In this document: in pieces, positions 1-12,305 of the stretch
How the letters are laid out: the number at the start of each line of letters is the position of its first letter
Position numbering within the stretch: the first letter of the stretch is position 1
NCBI RefSeq assembly: GCF_001194135.2
Contig: NC_068997.1
Location: 6,586,106 to 6,650,105 of the forward strand
Length of the DNA: 64,000 nt
Source of the DNA: Octopus bimaculoides
Lineage: Eukaryota
Direction of reading: 5' to 3'
Notes under the pieces: generated by a model
Database searches by the model: none
The model's input: the letters and a program-made list of their open reading frames with translations, nothing else
Told to the model about the DNA's origin: nothing
Position numbers and translations under genes: made by a program

Positions 1-986
1 GATTGCCAAAGTCATCTTATTACATTATCACCATTTCTATTTTTCATTCAATTTATCTTTTGTTTCGGTTTTCATAAGAATTTTATCTTCAGTCCCCCAC
101 CTCCACCCCCAACAGCTTCTAGACTTGCATTTCTTTCTCACCATTGCACAGTTCCATTTTTTTTCAAAACAAACATTTACATTTCTGTAGATGCAAGTCT
201 GTCTCACAAGAGATTTACACAGAAATTGTACAGCAAGTGTAATTTCCTTTTGTCACAATTTTTATGGGTTTCTTTTTTTTTTCTTTTTGAACTGTTCAAA
301 TTTCATTCTATATAGAACTGTCCAAAGCAGCAAATATATTCTCAGTAATTGTTGCATCATTAAACAAGCAATATTATTTCATAACCAACATTGCATGCAA
401 CATTACTAATACAGCTCAGTATCTCTTTCTTTCTTTCTTTCTTTCTTTCTAGGATTTAGTAACATTTTCTCTAGATATACAAGGACAGACATGGCTGGGT
501 AATTGAGAAGTTTGCTTGAGAAGCATGTGGGACCACTTCCACAGCATGGATATTGTTGAGTGATGTCTATAGTTGCCGGTGACCAATGTCCAGCAAGCAG
601 AGAATTGGAAGAAGCTCATCATATGTGTGTGTGTGTGTGTGAGTTTGTCTCTTTCCCTTTACACTAATTGTAAGCAAGATCAATGCCATACAAATAATGC
701 GAAAATATGTCCAGCCATTGAGTTCTTTTATCTTTTACTTGTTTCAGTCACCTTTCACTGTGGCCATGCTGGAACACCACTTTGAAGGGTTTTAGTCAAA
801 CAAATTGACCCCAGGACATATTTCTTAAAGCCTGGTACTGATTCTAGCAGTCTCTGTTGCCGAAATGCTAAGTTACGGAGACTTAAACACATTAACACTA
901 GTTGTTGAAAAGTGGGGGATGGGGATGGGGGTGGGGAACAAACACAGAAACACACACATATATGACAGGCTTCTTCCAGATCCACT

Positions 987-1106
987 CACAAGGCTTTGGC
1001 TGGCATGAGGCTATAGTAGAAAACACTTGTGCTAGGTGCCACGCAGGGGGACTGAACCCAGGACCATGTGGTTGGAAAGAAAGCTTCTTACCACATAGCC
1101 ATGCCT
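987..1106 (-). mobile_element. tRNA-derived SINE head fragment
   Basis: Minus strand has A-box-like TGGCTATGTGG and B-box-like GGTTCAGTCCC at tRNA spacing. Confidence 0.6.
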
Positions 1107-1149
1107 ACATAGAGTTTTTTATTGTTTGAAGGATTAAAGGAAATAGAAA

Positions 1150-1270
1150 GAAGTGAGGGTTGGCAACAGGAAGAGCATCCAGCAGTCAATAAATCTAACT
1201 TAACAAGTTTTGTCTGATTCATGCAAGTATGCAAAGGTGGACATGATGATGATGATGATGATGGTGATAA
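1150..1270 (+). mobile_element. Diverged copy of (GAT)n-tailed RTE 3' end
   Basis: gggttggcaacaggaagagcatccagc...catgcaagtatg followed by (gat)n, resembles 36594-36762. Confidence 0.55.
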
Positions 1271-1315
1271 TGCCTCTTGAGATAACTACACAACAGTCAA
1301 CTGGCAGTGAAACAT

Positions 1316-1349
<34 letters not shown>

Positions 1350-1366
1350 CAACTGAGTAAGCTTAC

Positions 1367-1534
1367 CCAAAGAAGTAGTTGGACAAAAACGACATTGCCT
1401 AAAGCAGCCGCTATATGCAAAGCTGTACGTCCATCATCTTTGCTATAGGGGGCATTGATATCCTCAGCTCGTGCATGTCCCAAAAGCAAGATAATGTTTC
1501 TAATATCTTCTCGGACTAAGGCATCTATCAATTG
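1367..1534 (-). CDS. AGAP1: Exon: end of ArfGAP region and ankyrin repeat (QLIDALVREDIRNIILLLGHARAEDINAPYSKDDGRTALHIAAALGNVVFVQLLLW)
   Basis: Acceptor poly(T)...cccattacag, donor TGG|gtaagc, 168 nt, phase 0-0; GRTALH ankyrin motif. Confidence 0.95.
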
Positions 1535-1816
1535 CTGTAATGGGATTAAAAAAAAAAAATTAATGTAAAAACAATTAATCAAAGATTAGCAAGGAATATT
1601 TAAATTGTAGAAATATTTTTGGTGTATTTTTTAGTTTTTAAATTATTTTATTCACAAATGTTAAAATATAACAAACAATGAAAACACAAAAACAAAATTA
1701 TTTCAGATTAAAGCTTTGGTTGCAGACTGAAGCAAAATAATGAATTAACAAAGTGACAACCTCCTCTGAAGTTAGCCTTCCTGATGTTCCTAGCATCATC
1801 CCCACTAATATATTCA

Positions 1817-2206
1817 TAAGGGCTGGATTAAAACTCATAGAGGCCCTAAGCACTTAAAAAATTTTGGTGCCCCCCATATATATGGAATTCAAAATATAAC
1901 CAATAATAAACCATAAAATATATTATTTTCCAAAATGAAACAAAACTAACAAAAAGATATACTTTCACTTTCTTTATATTTGAAAAGTTTCCTCCTACTT
2001 TTTCGAATTGCAAAGTCTTTGATCAGATCCTCATTATGATACCATGAACACTTCAAAATTATATTTCATATCATATAAACCACTTCAAATATTATTTCAG
2101 CAAATTTAAAGTGATTTCTTTTGTGCCCCAAACCATTTACTATTTTTGTAGTGTTGCCCCTTCCCTCGAAGCCCAAAGCATGGGCTCAATGGTTAATTCA
2201 GCACTG
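1817..2206. mobile_element. hAT-like non-autonomous element (MITE)
   Basis: Imperfect TIRs aagggctggattaa / ttaattcagcactg; 8-bp flanks tatattca (1809-1816) and tacattca (2207-2214) match 7/8. Confidence 0.6.
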
Positions 2207-2937
2207 TACATTCAGCTCATTCTCCCCTATTCACTCAACGTACACTATCACACAAACTAACATTTCTGAAATAAGCCACCTATAGTTTGCCTTTTGTACT
2301 TCAGCCAGCTTGTTCCAGACGTTTCTCACCAAATATCATTTTCTTCAAGCATCTCAATAACTTCTGGCAAAATTAAGTCTTCAACAATCAAACATTGGCT
2401 CAAAATGCATTAGAATTCATCAGTTCCATTATTTCAAAATTCTATGCTATCAAAATAAATAGACTTGTTCCTTATTGTCAAAAATGTATAGGTTCTAATG
2501 GCTGCTATTTCACATAATAGATTCTGTGCTGAGATATATAACTTTAACGTTGATGGTTAAAAACGATAATTATTTCAGAACTAACTTGTTACTTCTACTA
2601 CAACATTCTAGCTCCTCTGAAATAAACTGTGAACTGTCACAGTCCAAGATCATCCAAGGTTGCTAGTAATCCGCTTCTTGTCATCCTTACTCTAAATCTG
2701 CATATTAAACATCTTTCAATAACTGTGATCCTCTAGACAGGCATCAACCTCCATCTGTTTAGACAAAAGATCAATTTCATCATCTTTGCAAGTCTAGGAA
2801 GGCCTACAAAGGGACTATGCCTACCACTCTTTATTCTCCTGCTTCCTAAGCCAAATCAGAAGAAACCAACTTAACAAATTCATCTGTAAATAATACAAAG
2901 AAATTTTAAAATTTCACTAATTAGATATAAAACACAC

Positions 2938-3025
2938 CTGATTGAGGGGGATATCAACATAGGGTGGGGGCGGGAGAAATTCTTTGCACTCATATTTGGC
3001 TCGAATCCACTTTTCTCTGTCCTCT
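2938..3025 (-). CDS. AGAP1: Exon: ArfGAP C-terminal part ((R)EDREKWIRAKYECKEFLPPPPYVDIPLNQ)
   Basis: Acceptor tttcttttttcag, donor CAG|gtgtgt, 88 nt, phase 2-0; WIRAKY ArfGAP motif. Confidence 0.95.
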
Positions 3026-3213
3026 CTGAAAAAAGAAATCAAAGACCTCCTTGAATAGCAATTTTAGCAAATAAAGATTGCAATATAGCCATTTAAAAAA
3101 ATATATAAATAACATTATCGAGATATATATAATTCCACAATTGTTAAACTGATGAGAAAATTAAAACCAATTAGAATAAAACAAATATTTAGTAAACTGT
3201 TTATTTTTCTTAC

Positions 3214-3276
3214 CGAGAGGCATTTACACCAGGTTTGGATCGACCTTTGAGACTTGCTTCCCATACAGAATTCACT
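3214..3276 (-). CDS. AGAP1: Partial exon: ArfGAP (VNSVWEASLKGRSKPGVNAS(R)); 5' part lost in gap 3277-3286
   Basis: NSVWE motif; donor CG|gtaag in phase 2 matches the next exon; upstream end runs into Ns. Confidence 0.9.
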
Positions 3277-3356
3277 NNNNNNNNNNCAGTTTATTAACAG
3301 AATAGTTTTATATAACTAATAAAGTGTTAAATGAATAACTCTGTGAGAAGGTGCGT

Positions 3357-3393
<37 letters not shown>

Positions 3394-3769
3394 TATAAAA
3401 GTTGGTTGGCTTTGCCACAAGGGAATAGAAAGGACAATAGTGAAATGGAAGAAAAGAAAATGGCTAGCTTTGCCACAGGGAAATCAAAAGATGAGCAAGT
3501 TAATAATACAAGTAAGATGGATGTAAACAGTGATGAATGATTAAAAAAAGAACAAAAAAAAAAAACTAGAAGTTTCTTAGCTTAGAAATTGCAAAAAAGA
3601 AATGGAAGTAGAGGCTAGCTTTGCATTAAGGTTATGAAGTTAAGGATCGTTTAGCATGTTAGTAATACAAGTCAAATAAATGAAGAGAAATGATGAACAG
3701 TCAAAAAGCAAGAGAATTTCTTAGCAGCTGGACATTTTGCATTGTGATATGATGGTGTCTGCCACCATC

Positions 3770-4255
3770 ACTACAACCATTTAAATGTTTTGCTTGCAGA
3801 GGTGGCTGGGTCTAACCGTGCCAATTGTTGTAGTTGTTTGTCAATTCTTTCATGAGATGCAGCACACTCTGAGATCAGCCTTCTTGATTTTGCCTCAAAG
3901 TCTTCTTTAGTTTCATCCTTCCACAAGTTCCATTGTCTCTGAGTTCTTCACACTTCTATATATGACTGCTATTTTCCTTATACATGTCCACATCATTTCA
4001 GTCTTTTGCACACTACATCTGATTTCTCTTGTATTTAGTTTTCTCTCAGTATATTTATACTTTGTTACTCATACTCACTAACATAATTTAGTTTTTTTTT
4101 TTTTTTCCAAGTCTTTTCTAATCCTCTGCATTCAGAGCCCATGTCTCTCTACTAGGCAATAAAGCACTTCATAATACAAGCATCATACAAGCTGTCCTTC
4201 CATTTGAAGACAAAACGTGTTATGAACAGAGGTAATAGCTCCCGGAACTTTTTCC
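3770..4255 (-). mobile_element. Degenerate RTE-clade LINE fragment
   Basis: Minus strand reads KKFRELLPL...LYDACI...ETWALNAED with stops, homologous to the RTE peptide at 35817-36176. Confidence 0.65.
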
Positions 4256-4360
4256 AAGTTGTTTTTATTCTTCTAAAACAGTTAACCTGATTGCTAATCT
4301 TGAAATTATATACAAACATTTTTTAGAGTCATTTAAAAATACAATACAAAGCTATACTTA

Positions 4361-4528
<168 letters not shown>

Positions 4529-4720
4529 TCATACGAGTAACATATTATTTCTTTTATTAGCATAAAGTTAATTAAAGGTATTGATTACATAAACACAAAC
4601 ACAATAATGGTCAAAAGTGAATAGCTGCCATCAAAGATTTTGTTTCGCTACCTTTTAGACTGTGGGTCTACAAGATGGAAAGCATCTACAATTAACCAAG
4701 ATCAACAAATATATATTTAA

Positions 4721-4940
4721 CCCTTCAGCATTCATATTACTCTATCAAATGTAATGTTTATTCATTCGCATAGTTTTGAATCAATCCTGGATTGTCTCAT
4801 AGCTTTGAGATTTCAATGATACAACTGTTTATCTTTAGTAGGACATTGTTGGGTAGGTGTGATAGGCTGAACCTGGCTAGTTTAAACACAAAATAGGTAG
4901 AATATTTGGGCCAGATATAGCTGGTTTAAATGCTAAAGGG
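4721..4940. mobile_element. piggyBac-like MITE
   Basis: TTAA|CCCTTCAGCATT ... AATGCTAAAGGG|TTAA: 12-bp TIR with 1 mismatch, CCC/GGG ends, TTAA on both sides. Confidence 0.75.
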
Positions 4941-5511
4941 TTAAAAGCACAATGTTATATTTTATTCAAATAGTTTCTATATCGGAAACCTTAAAATTAT
5001 ATAAAAATGCTGAATTCATAATAATTCTAAATTTTGGGGACATTTTTAAATGTCTCTTATTGTTTTGAAAGTCTTATCCTCTGCTTGAAAATAAAAATAG
5101 CAAATCCAGTGAGATGATTGGAGACACACTGAATTACACTGTAAATGCAGGATTCTCTTTTAATCAAGAGACATACAATATATACAAAGAAAAAGATGTG
5201 GTTACCTTATTAGCTACAAAATGATGAGCAATTAAATTATACTTAATTCAAAGTGAAACAGCAGAGTTAGCGAAGGTTTGTTTCAGCAAATATTAAAGAC
5301 AAAAGAATTAATAAATTAATTTGACATAACGAAGATCAATGTTTTAGTTAGGCCTCTTCATCAGACAAAGATGAAACACATTCAGGATATATCTAATCTT
5401 TCTCAGACTGGAATAGTAAGAATTTCCCCGCTTCTTCACAGCCAACTAATTCATCTCATTCTGTCAACTTTTTACACTAAATTCAAAACAAGTAAAAGAA
5501 ATTTTACTTAC

Positions 5512-5596
5512 TGGTTGCTCCACAATCTGTACAGCAGTTATTTCCTCGCACATTGCGAATAGCCTGAATACTGGCTGGGTCAGTTGCACTGGTATT
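5512..5596 (-). CDS. AGAP1: Exon: start of ArfGAP (NTSATDPASIQAIRNVRGNNCCTDCGAT)
   Basis: Acceptor ttttctgcttcag, donor A|gtaagt, 85 nt, phase 0-1; first CxxC, 16 residues before CIEC. Confidence 0.95.
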
Positions 5597-6046
5597 CTGA
5601 AGCAGAAAACAACAAACAACAGTTCAATGGAAAACATCAATCAAATCAAATCCTAGGGAAAAAGAAAGATAATTGAAGCCTAAAAGAATGTGATTATATC
5701 CATATAAGGAGAAAAGAGGATAGGCAGACAGAGAAAAGATACCCTATAGAACAAAGCAAGGTAGTCATAAAGAACTTCATGATGCTGCTAGTATATGACT
5801 TGGGTCATAGTAAAACAAAGTCATTTAATCCAAATAAACTGTTAGATGTTATTTGAATTTTTTTTTTAATTTCAATTTTAAAATTAACAAGTAAAATGAC
5901 ATGGGCAGAAAATTCTTGCTACAAACATTATTTCATTCAACAATATCACTGCAATGATTTCAAACAATTCCTTAAGACTATGATAATTACAAGAAATTTG
6001 GATAGACTTTGACACTGATTCTCTTAAAGACATGAATTAAATATCA

Positions 6047-7044
6047 NNNNNNNNNNNNNNNNNNNNNNNNNNNNNNNNNNNNNNNNNNNNNNNNNNNNNN
6101 NNNNNNNNNNNNNNNNNNNNNNNNNNNNNNNNNNNNNNNNNNNNNNNNNNNNNNNNNNNNNNNNNNNNNNNNNNNNNNNNNNNNNNNNNNNNNNNNNNNN
6201 NNNNNNNNNNNNNNNNNNNNNNNNNNNNNNNNNNNNNNNNNNNNNNNNNNNNNNNNNNNNNNNNNNNNNNNNNNNNNNNNNNNNNNNNNNNNNNNNNNNN
6301 NNNNNNNNNNNNNNNNNNNNNNNNNNNNNNNNNNNNNNNNNNNNNNNNNNNNNNNNNNNNNNNNNNNNNNNNNNNNNNNNNNNNNNNNNNNNNNNNNNNN
6401 NNNNNNNNNNNNNNNNNNNNNNNNNNNNNNNNNNNNNNNNNNNNNNNNNNNNNNNNNNNNNNNNNNNNNNNNNNNNNNNNNNNNNNNNNNNNNNNNNNNN
6501 NNNNNNNNNNNNNNNNNNNNNNNNNNNNNNNNNNNNNNNNNNNNNNNNNNNNNNNNNNNNNNNNNNNNNNNNNNNNNNNNNNNNNNNNNNNNNNNNNNNN
6601 NNNNNNNNNNNNNNNNNNNNNNNNNNNNNNNNNNNNNNNNNNNNNNNNNNNNNNNNNNNNNNNNNNNNNNNNNNNNNNNNNNNNNNNNNNNNNNNNNNNN
6701 NNNNNNNNNNNNNNNNNNNNNNNNNNNNNNNNNNNNNNNNNNNNNNNNNNNNNNNNNNNNNNNNNNNNNNNNNNNNNNNNNNNNNNNNNNNNNNNNNNNN
6801 NNNNNNNNNNNNNNNNNNNNNNNNNNNNNNNNNNNNNNNNNNNNNNNNNNNNNNNNNNNNNNNNNNNNNNNNNNNNNNNNNNNNNNNNNNNNNNNNNNNN
6901 NNNNNNNNNNNNNNNNNNNNNNNNNNNNNNNNNNNNNNNNNNNNNNNNNNNNNNNNNNNNNNNNNNNNNNNNNNNNNNNNNNNNNNNNNNNNNNNNNNNN
7001 NNNNNNNNNNNNNNNNNNNNNNNNNNNNNNNNNNNNNNNNNNNN
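6047..7044. other. Assembly gap (998 N) expected to contain the C-terminal PH-domain coding sequence
   Basis: AGAP proteins need the EF.IVSL...WHFEA...ERD.WV.AIE segment between KSGG and NTSATD; I did not find it in 5597-6046. Other gaps: 3277-3286, 17762-18424, 28891-29070, 33817-33826, 36177-36524, 37953-38061, 53600-53609, 56927-56959. Confidence 0.85.
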
Positions 7045-7167
7045 GGCCTCCACTTTTTGCTCGTCTATGTCGTTTCTTCACATTAGGAGTTTCCGTTTTT
7101 GACCCTATATTTTTATTATCACCTGATTTTGATAAAAAGGAATCCCCAGCATTGCCGTTTGGAATTC
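7045..7167 (-). CDS. AGAP1: Partial exon: PH-domain insert ((G)IPNGNAGDSFLSKSGDNKNIGSKTETPNVKKRHRRAKSGG...); 3' end in gap
   Basis: Acceptor poly(T)ctcttttcag, phase 1; KKRHRRAKS matches the AGAP KKHRRKKS basic motif; runs into Ns at 7044. Confidence 0.9.
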
Positions 7168-7378
7168 CTGAAAAGAGAAAAAAAAAAAAAAATGAAGTCT
7201 GAAACATTTCTATTAATACATCATTCTAACATTTCTGTTTCCGTTTTACATATCTAGAAAGTTCTGCAGAAAGTATGAGATTTCACAGAAGAGAGGATTA
7301 GGAAAACAGTCCAATGGCAGATGAAGAATAACAAAACTGATAAAAGTTGTTGAAGAAGTAGTAGATCATAAATGAAGA

Positions 7379-7670
7379 GGCAAGTGGCATAGTGGTTGGG
7401 GCATTCAGCTCATGACTGTAAGGCCATGAGTTCAATTCCTAGTAGCACATTGTGTCCTTGTTCAAGATACTTTATTTCTGTTGATCCAGTCCACTCAGCT
7501 GGCAAAAATGAGTTGTAATTACAAAGGGTCAGCCTTGTCACATTCTGTGTTACAATGAAGCTCCCATAGAACTACATTAAGAGTGAATGTGTCTGTGGAG
7601 TGCTCAGCCACTTGCAGGTTGTTTCACTCATCAGATGAGCTGCAACACTTGTTGAAATAACCTACGGTGT
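7379..7670 (+). mobile_element. tRNA-derived SINE
   Basis: A-box TGGCATAGTGG (7385-7395) and B-box GTTCAATTC (7430-7438); similar to 48330-48610. Confidence 0.65.
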
Positions 7671-7688
7671 GCCAGTTATATATATATA

Positions 7689-7751
<63 letters not shown>

Positions 7752-8278
7752 CTGGCATGCACACACACACACACACACACATTTATGGAGAGAGAGAGAG
7801 AGAGAGAGAAATGCCTAGAAAATACTGGTTTTTATCAATAAAAAGTAAACAACTTAGACTCGAGTATTGTATTATGGAGTATAAACATACAACTAAAGCA
7901 AAGGTGTATCCACATAAACTGAAGACAACATTAATATGAATGATTCCTCACAATATCCCTATTTGTAAGAGGTGGGTGTAGAGTGCATTGATTCAATCCC
8001 AGTGTATGTACCACCTGTATTTGTTTTACTGAGACATGATTTGAACATAGTTGAGTGAAGGAGGAAACTTAGGAGAATATATTAAGCCTACTGCTGCACT
8101 ATATTGGTCATTTCCAGTGCTTTGATAACATTGATTTCCTTCCAGTAAGAAAAAAAAAAGAATAAAAATATTCGATGGGTGTGAATCAGTTTCAGTACAT
8201 CACAGCATTAAGCTAAATAATCATCAAATAAATCTTAACTTCCTAGTAACTCTAACATTATTTATCATAATTATAACA

Positions 8279-8310
<32 letters not shown>

Positions 8311-8568
8311 TATGACAATAATGTTTCTAACATTGACACAATGCCACACTTTCATTCTTTGTTTACTGATTTCATTTAATCAACCTCAGTATTTAGCTGG
8401 TACTTTATTTTGTCAACCCTGGTGGGAAGAAAGGTAAAGTTCCTCTTAGTAGGACTTGAACTCACAACACAGAGAATCAGAACAAATATGGCAACACATT
8501 TTATCTGTTGCTCAAATGTTTTTGCCGATCCTCTAATCCTTTCTGACTTAGGTATGATATCAAATATG

Positions 8569-8601
<33 letters not shown>

Positions 8602-8635
8602 TAGAGGATTGAGGTAACTCCTCCTGAAGATATAG

Positions 8636-8749
8636 AGTCAAAATTAAAAGAAGAGTGCCATTGTTATCTAGTGAACGATATTTCGACACACAAGATGTCG
8701 AAAATATCGTTCACTAGATAACAATGGTACTCTTCTTTTAATTTTGACT
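8636..8749. repeat. Near-perfect inverted repeat (53/54-nt arms, 7-nt loop)
   Basis: Arm 8636-8688 is the reverse complement of 8696-8749 except for one substitution and one extra A. Confidence 0.95.
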
Positions 8750-10264
8750 TAATAATAATGATAACAACAACAACAACAAGTACAAGTCAAGTAATATTGA
8801 AGAGTTGGCAGAGGGCAGTTGGGTGGAGGTGGGGGAGACGAGTGAGTGAGCTGGATCTCAGTGAAGATCACACTGATGTGTAGTGAGTAGAATATATAAA
8901 GAAAGAATATGGGGGGGGGGGCTTGACATGAGGGTTAGGATTAGTTAGGATTTTGTTAATTTGCTTGTTGTTAGCATAAATTGATGTCAAGTGTGTAGAA
9001 TAATCCAAAGCAGTAAAAGTGAATTTAGAATTTGATAATGAGTTTTTCCTTTTTTTAATGATCTCAGTTTTGGTCTGAAGCCATGTAGGAACATCAGCAT
9101 CAATTGATTTAGTTAATCCGACGATTGTGATTCTAATACTTTAACTTTTATCTAGCCCCTAAACAAAAAAGCCCCCGAATATACAAACACAGGAAAACAA
9201 GTGCACAATGTCAATGTAAGGAGCTTAAAGATGGTTCAAGAAATTATTAACAGCATAAGGGGCCTATGAAGAACTGTATAATGAGCAAGTGAAAAAAGCA
9301 GTCAGGGTGATACAAGTAATGCAACATAATGCAGAGGAAAATTCATGGAATATACAGAGAAAAATAATACAAAGAATATTAGAGAAAATTAGGTTAGACA
9401 AAAAAAAAACAAAAAAAAAATGAAACAAAATGCAAAAACAAAAAGAAACAAAATGAAAAGTGAATTTTAGTTCTATTTATCTCATAAAGTTAAAAGTATA
9501 AAGATTTAAGACACATGCAAATTAAAAATACAACAAATACATAAAAAAGTGAATAATATTACTATACTAACTGCAAAAGAGAAAAGTTATAGTTTACTTT
9601 TGTGAGTCATATAGTAGGAAAATGAAATTCTACTAGTTACATTATAACTACTACTTCTCGTATACTAAGGGAAAATGCTTAGTAATAGAGGAATGGAGTA
9701 AACATTAGTGGACTATTTTCTGTATACGTTAATGGAGATGAAAGCTGACACTTTTGTTTTTTTTTAATCTCAACTAGTTCGCATAATTAATATTTATATG
9801 ACTAAATATCAACTATTTCAAACAATGGAATAATTTTATGCTATGAGGCTGGACACAGTTCTAATGGGAGCTATTTGAATTACTGTTTTATATCAATTTG
9901 TTAACTTGAGTGTACATGCAGATGTTACAATGAAATGCCACCAGAATATATCAACAATATGGTGAGGCGGAGTCATTAAATATTCTTTACAACCTAATTT
10001 AATAAAACAATCATTTATTTTTACAAGGAGAAACACTTCCCTCCAGTAAGTTTTCTCCAAGTTTGTCATACGCCCAGACACACACACACTGTTCAAAGCC
10101 CCTTTTAACTTCAGACAATACAGTGTTATTCAAGAGAAATTTGGCTGTTACCTTTAACATGTTGAGCAACTATGGAGAGGGTTTTCCCCTTTGACAAAAT
10201 TTTGACTCCATATAGGGTTTTACACGTTGATAGAAAACTAGTAATAATATTTCAAATGGAGAGA

Positions 10265-10810
10265 GTTAGTGGATTGCCTCGACTCCAGTGCTCGACTGGG
10301 ACTTAATTTTAACAACCCAAAAAGGAAGGCAAAGTTGACCTTGGTAGAATTAGAACTAAGAATGTAATTCGTTGAAAGAAATGTTACAAAGCAGTTCGTC
10401 AGACATGCTAACAACTCTGCCAGCTCACTGCACATAATAAGGATGTTTCTGGAATCAGTTACTCTTAAATTACCAAAGAAACAATGAAACCAATATTGAA
10501 CAACTAATGAAATCCTCACATTTCTCTTTCCATTTCAAAGAGGTGTTTTTCATATATACGGATGGTATTGACCCAAATGTTAAAATCAATTTCAAATTTT
10601 GTCACAGGGTCAGCAACTTAGTGGGAAGGGATGAGTCAATTCCATACCCCCCCCCCCCCGCCACAGGGTACTCAACTGGTACATATTTTATCAACCCTGA
10701 ATGGACGAAAGGCAAAGTCAACCTTTGTGGAATTTGAACTCAAAACATAAAGACAGATGAAATGCTGCTAAGCATTTTGGCAATTCTGGCAATTCTGCCA
10801 GCTCTCACCT
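10265..10810 (+). mobile_element. Two copies of a SINE-like interspersed repeat (core ...gaaaggcaaagtcgacct...gaatttgaactc...)
   Basis: Copies near 10265-10430 and 10608-10810; same family near 8380-8520, 19085-19310, 50565-50790 and 55725-55930. Confidence 0.7.
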
Positions 10811-11485
10811 TCTTCATCCCAGAACCATCAACAAGTGTTGGCAGAGATTTTTTGTATCGAAATTTTTCTTTGTGTATGGACACACATCTTTCACAGAAGA
10901 CACAAAAGCATATAATTTGTGAAGGGTAGGAAATGAAAGTGTTACAGAGAATTTTCATAAAATAACAACAAAATATATCAACAATAAGTACATCAAATTA
11001 AAAGATATATAAATTTGTATTAAAAAGGAAGCTGCCATATTTAAAGAAAATGTTTAAAGGTTAAAAAGAAATATACTCATAACAGAAACATCATCTTTCC
11101 ATAAACATACAAACATAAATCCTATATACACACACACACTCATGTCCAGGAGTGGTGGTGTAGGTGTAGAGGTGTGTGTGTGTGTGTATGTATATGTATG
11201 TGTGTGTATATATATATGTATGACTATTTATCATCATGATGATGATGATGATGATGTTATGTCACCCAATGCTAGTAAATACATACACACATTCCAAGGT
11301 TTATGGTCATCCGTCTTTTTGTCCTTGTTGCTGGGTTTTATGCTTTTTGTTCTGGTATATTCTACCATCTGTCAACATCCTTTTCACTTCCCCCCATAAC
11401 TTTCTATCAGCACTGAAACATGCACACACAGGTTGTTCTCCACTTGCCCACCCTGGGGGGGGCAAAGAATAAAAATATATATACA

Positions 11486-11520
<35 letters not shown>

Positions 11521-12261
11521 ATATGTGTGAGTGTATGTATATATATATACATACATACGTGTGTATATATATAGTTATAGTATATTCTGTTAAGAACATA
11601 GTAGAGTACAGTATAAAGCTTGTCCGCCTTTAAATTGGACAAACTTACAGAGACAATATTTACATATCGCCTGAGGAAACACCACTAGATCACATAATGC
11701 AGGGAGATGATTGATTAATCAAGTACCTGCACACCTGGAGAGCTATGTTGCATAGAAACAATTGTAGTGATTGAAAATAAATGTTCAACCATACTCCTTC
11801 TTGTTGACTCCAATTTTTTTCAATTATATATATAAGTGTGTGTGTGTGTGTGTGTGTGTGTATTTGTATGTCTGTGTTTATCCATACCCTCTAGAAGATG
11901 AGCTGTGAACTTTATTCTCCAGTGAATTTCCCAGTCTAGAACTTTCATACATACTCACCTTGTCTCTGATGATGGAATAACTAGTGTACGAACACGCTAG
12001 CCTATCACTTGGGATATCCCAGAAACAGCCGTAAGACTTCAAATTCACCTTGCCCTAATTAAATATTCTAAATGACTTCAGATACTTGTCCTGCCTTGGA
12101 TTTTGCTGTCCTTTTTTCTCTTATATAATATATACCTCCTGACTTGGAAGCCTAATATGGATTCCTAGCTCCAGGCTCAGCTGAAAGATAACGAATGACC
12201 AATTATAACACTTACTCAGCGTACCTATTCATTTAGATCACCAGTGAACTAAATCCCTCAT

Positions 12262-12305
<44 letters not shown>

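Noticed and set aside
914-936. G-quadruplex-like run (G5-AT-G4-AT-G5-T-G4)
   Set aside because: Adjacent to repeat fragments with no sign of function.
1-1366. Terminal AGAP exon (second ankyrin repeat and stop)
   Set aside because: I found no AGAP-like ankyrin continuation on the minus strand; it is probably beyond the window edge.
6037-7053. Long ORFs in the track made of X (also 17721-18566, 28790-29222, 36032-36682, 37887-38328)
   Set aside because: Artefacts of N gaps and flanking microsatellites.
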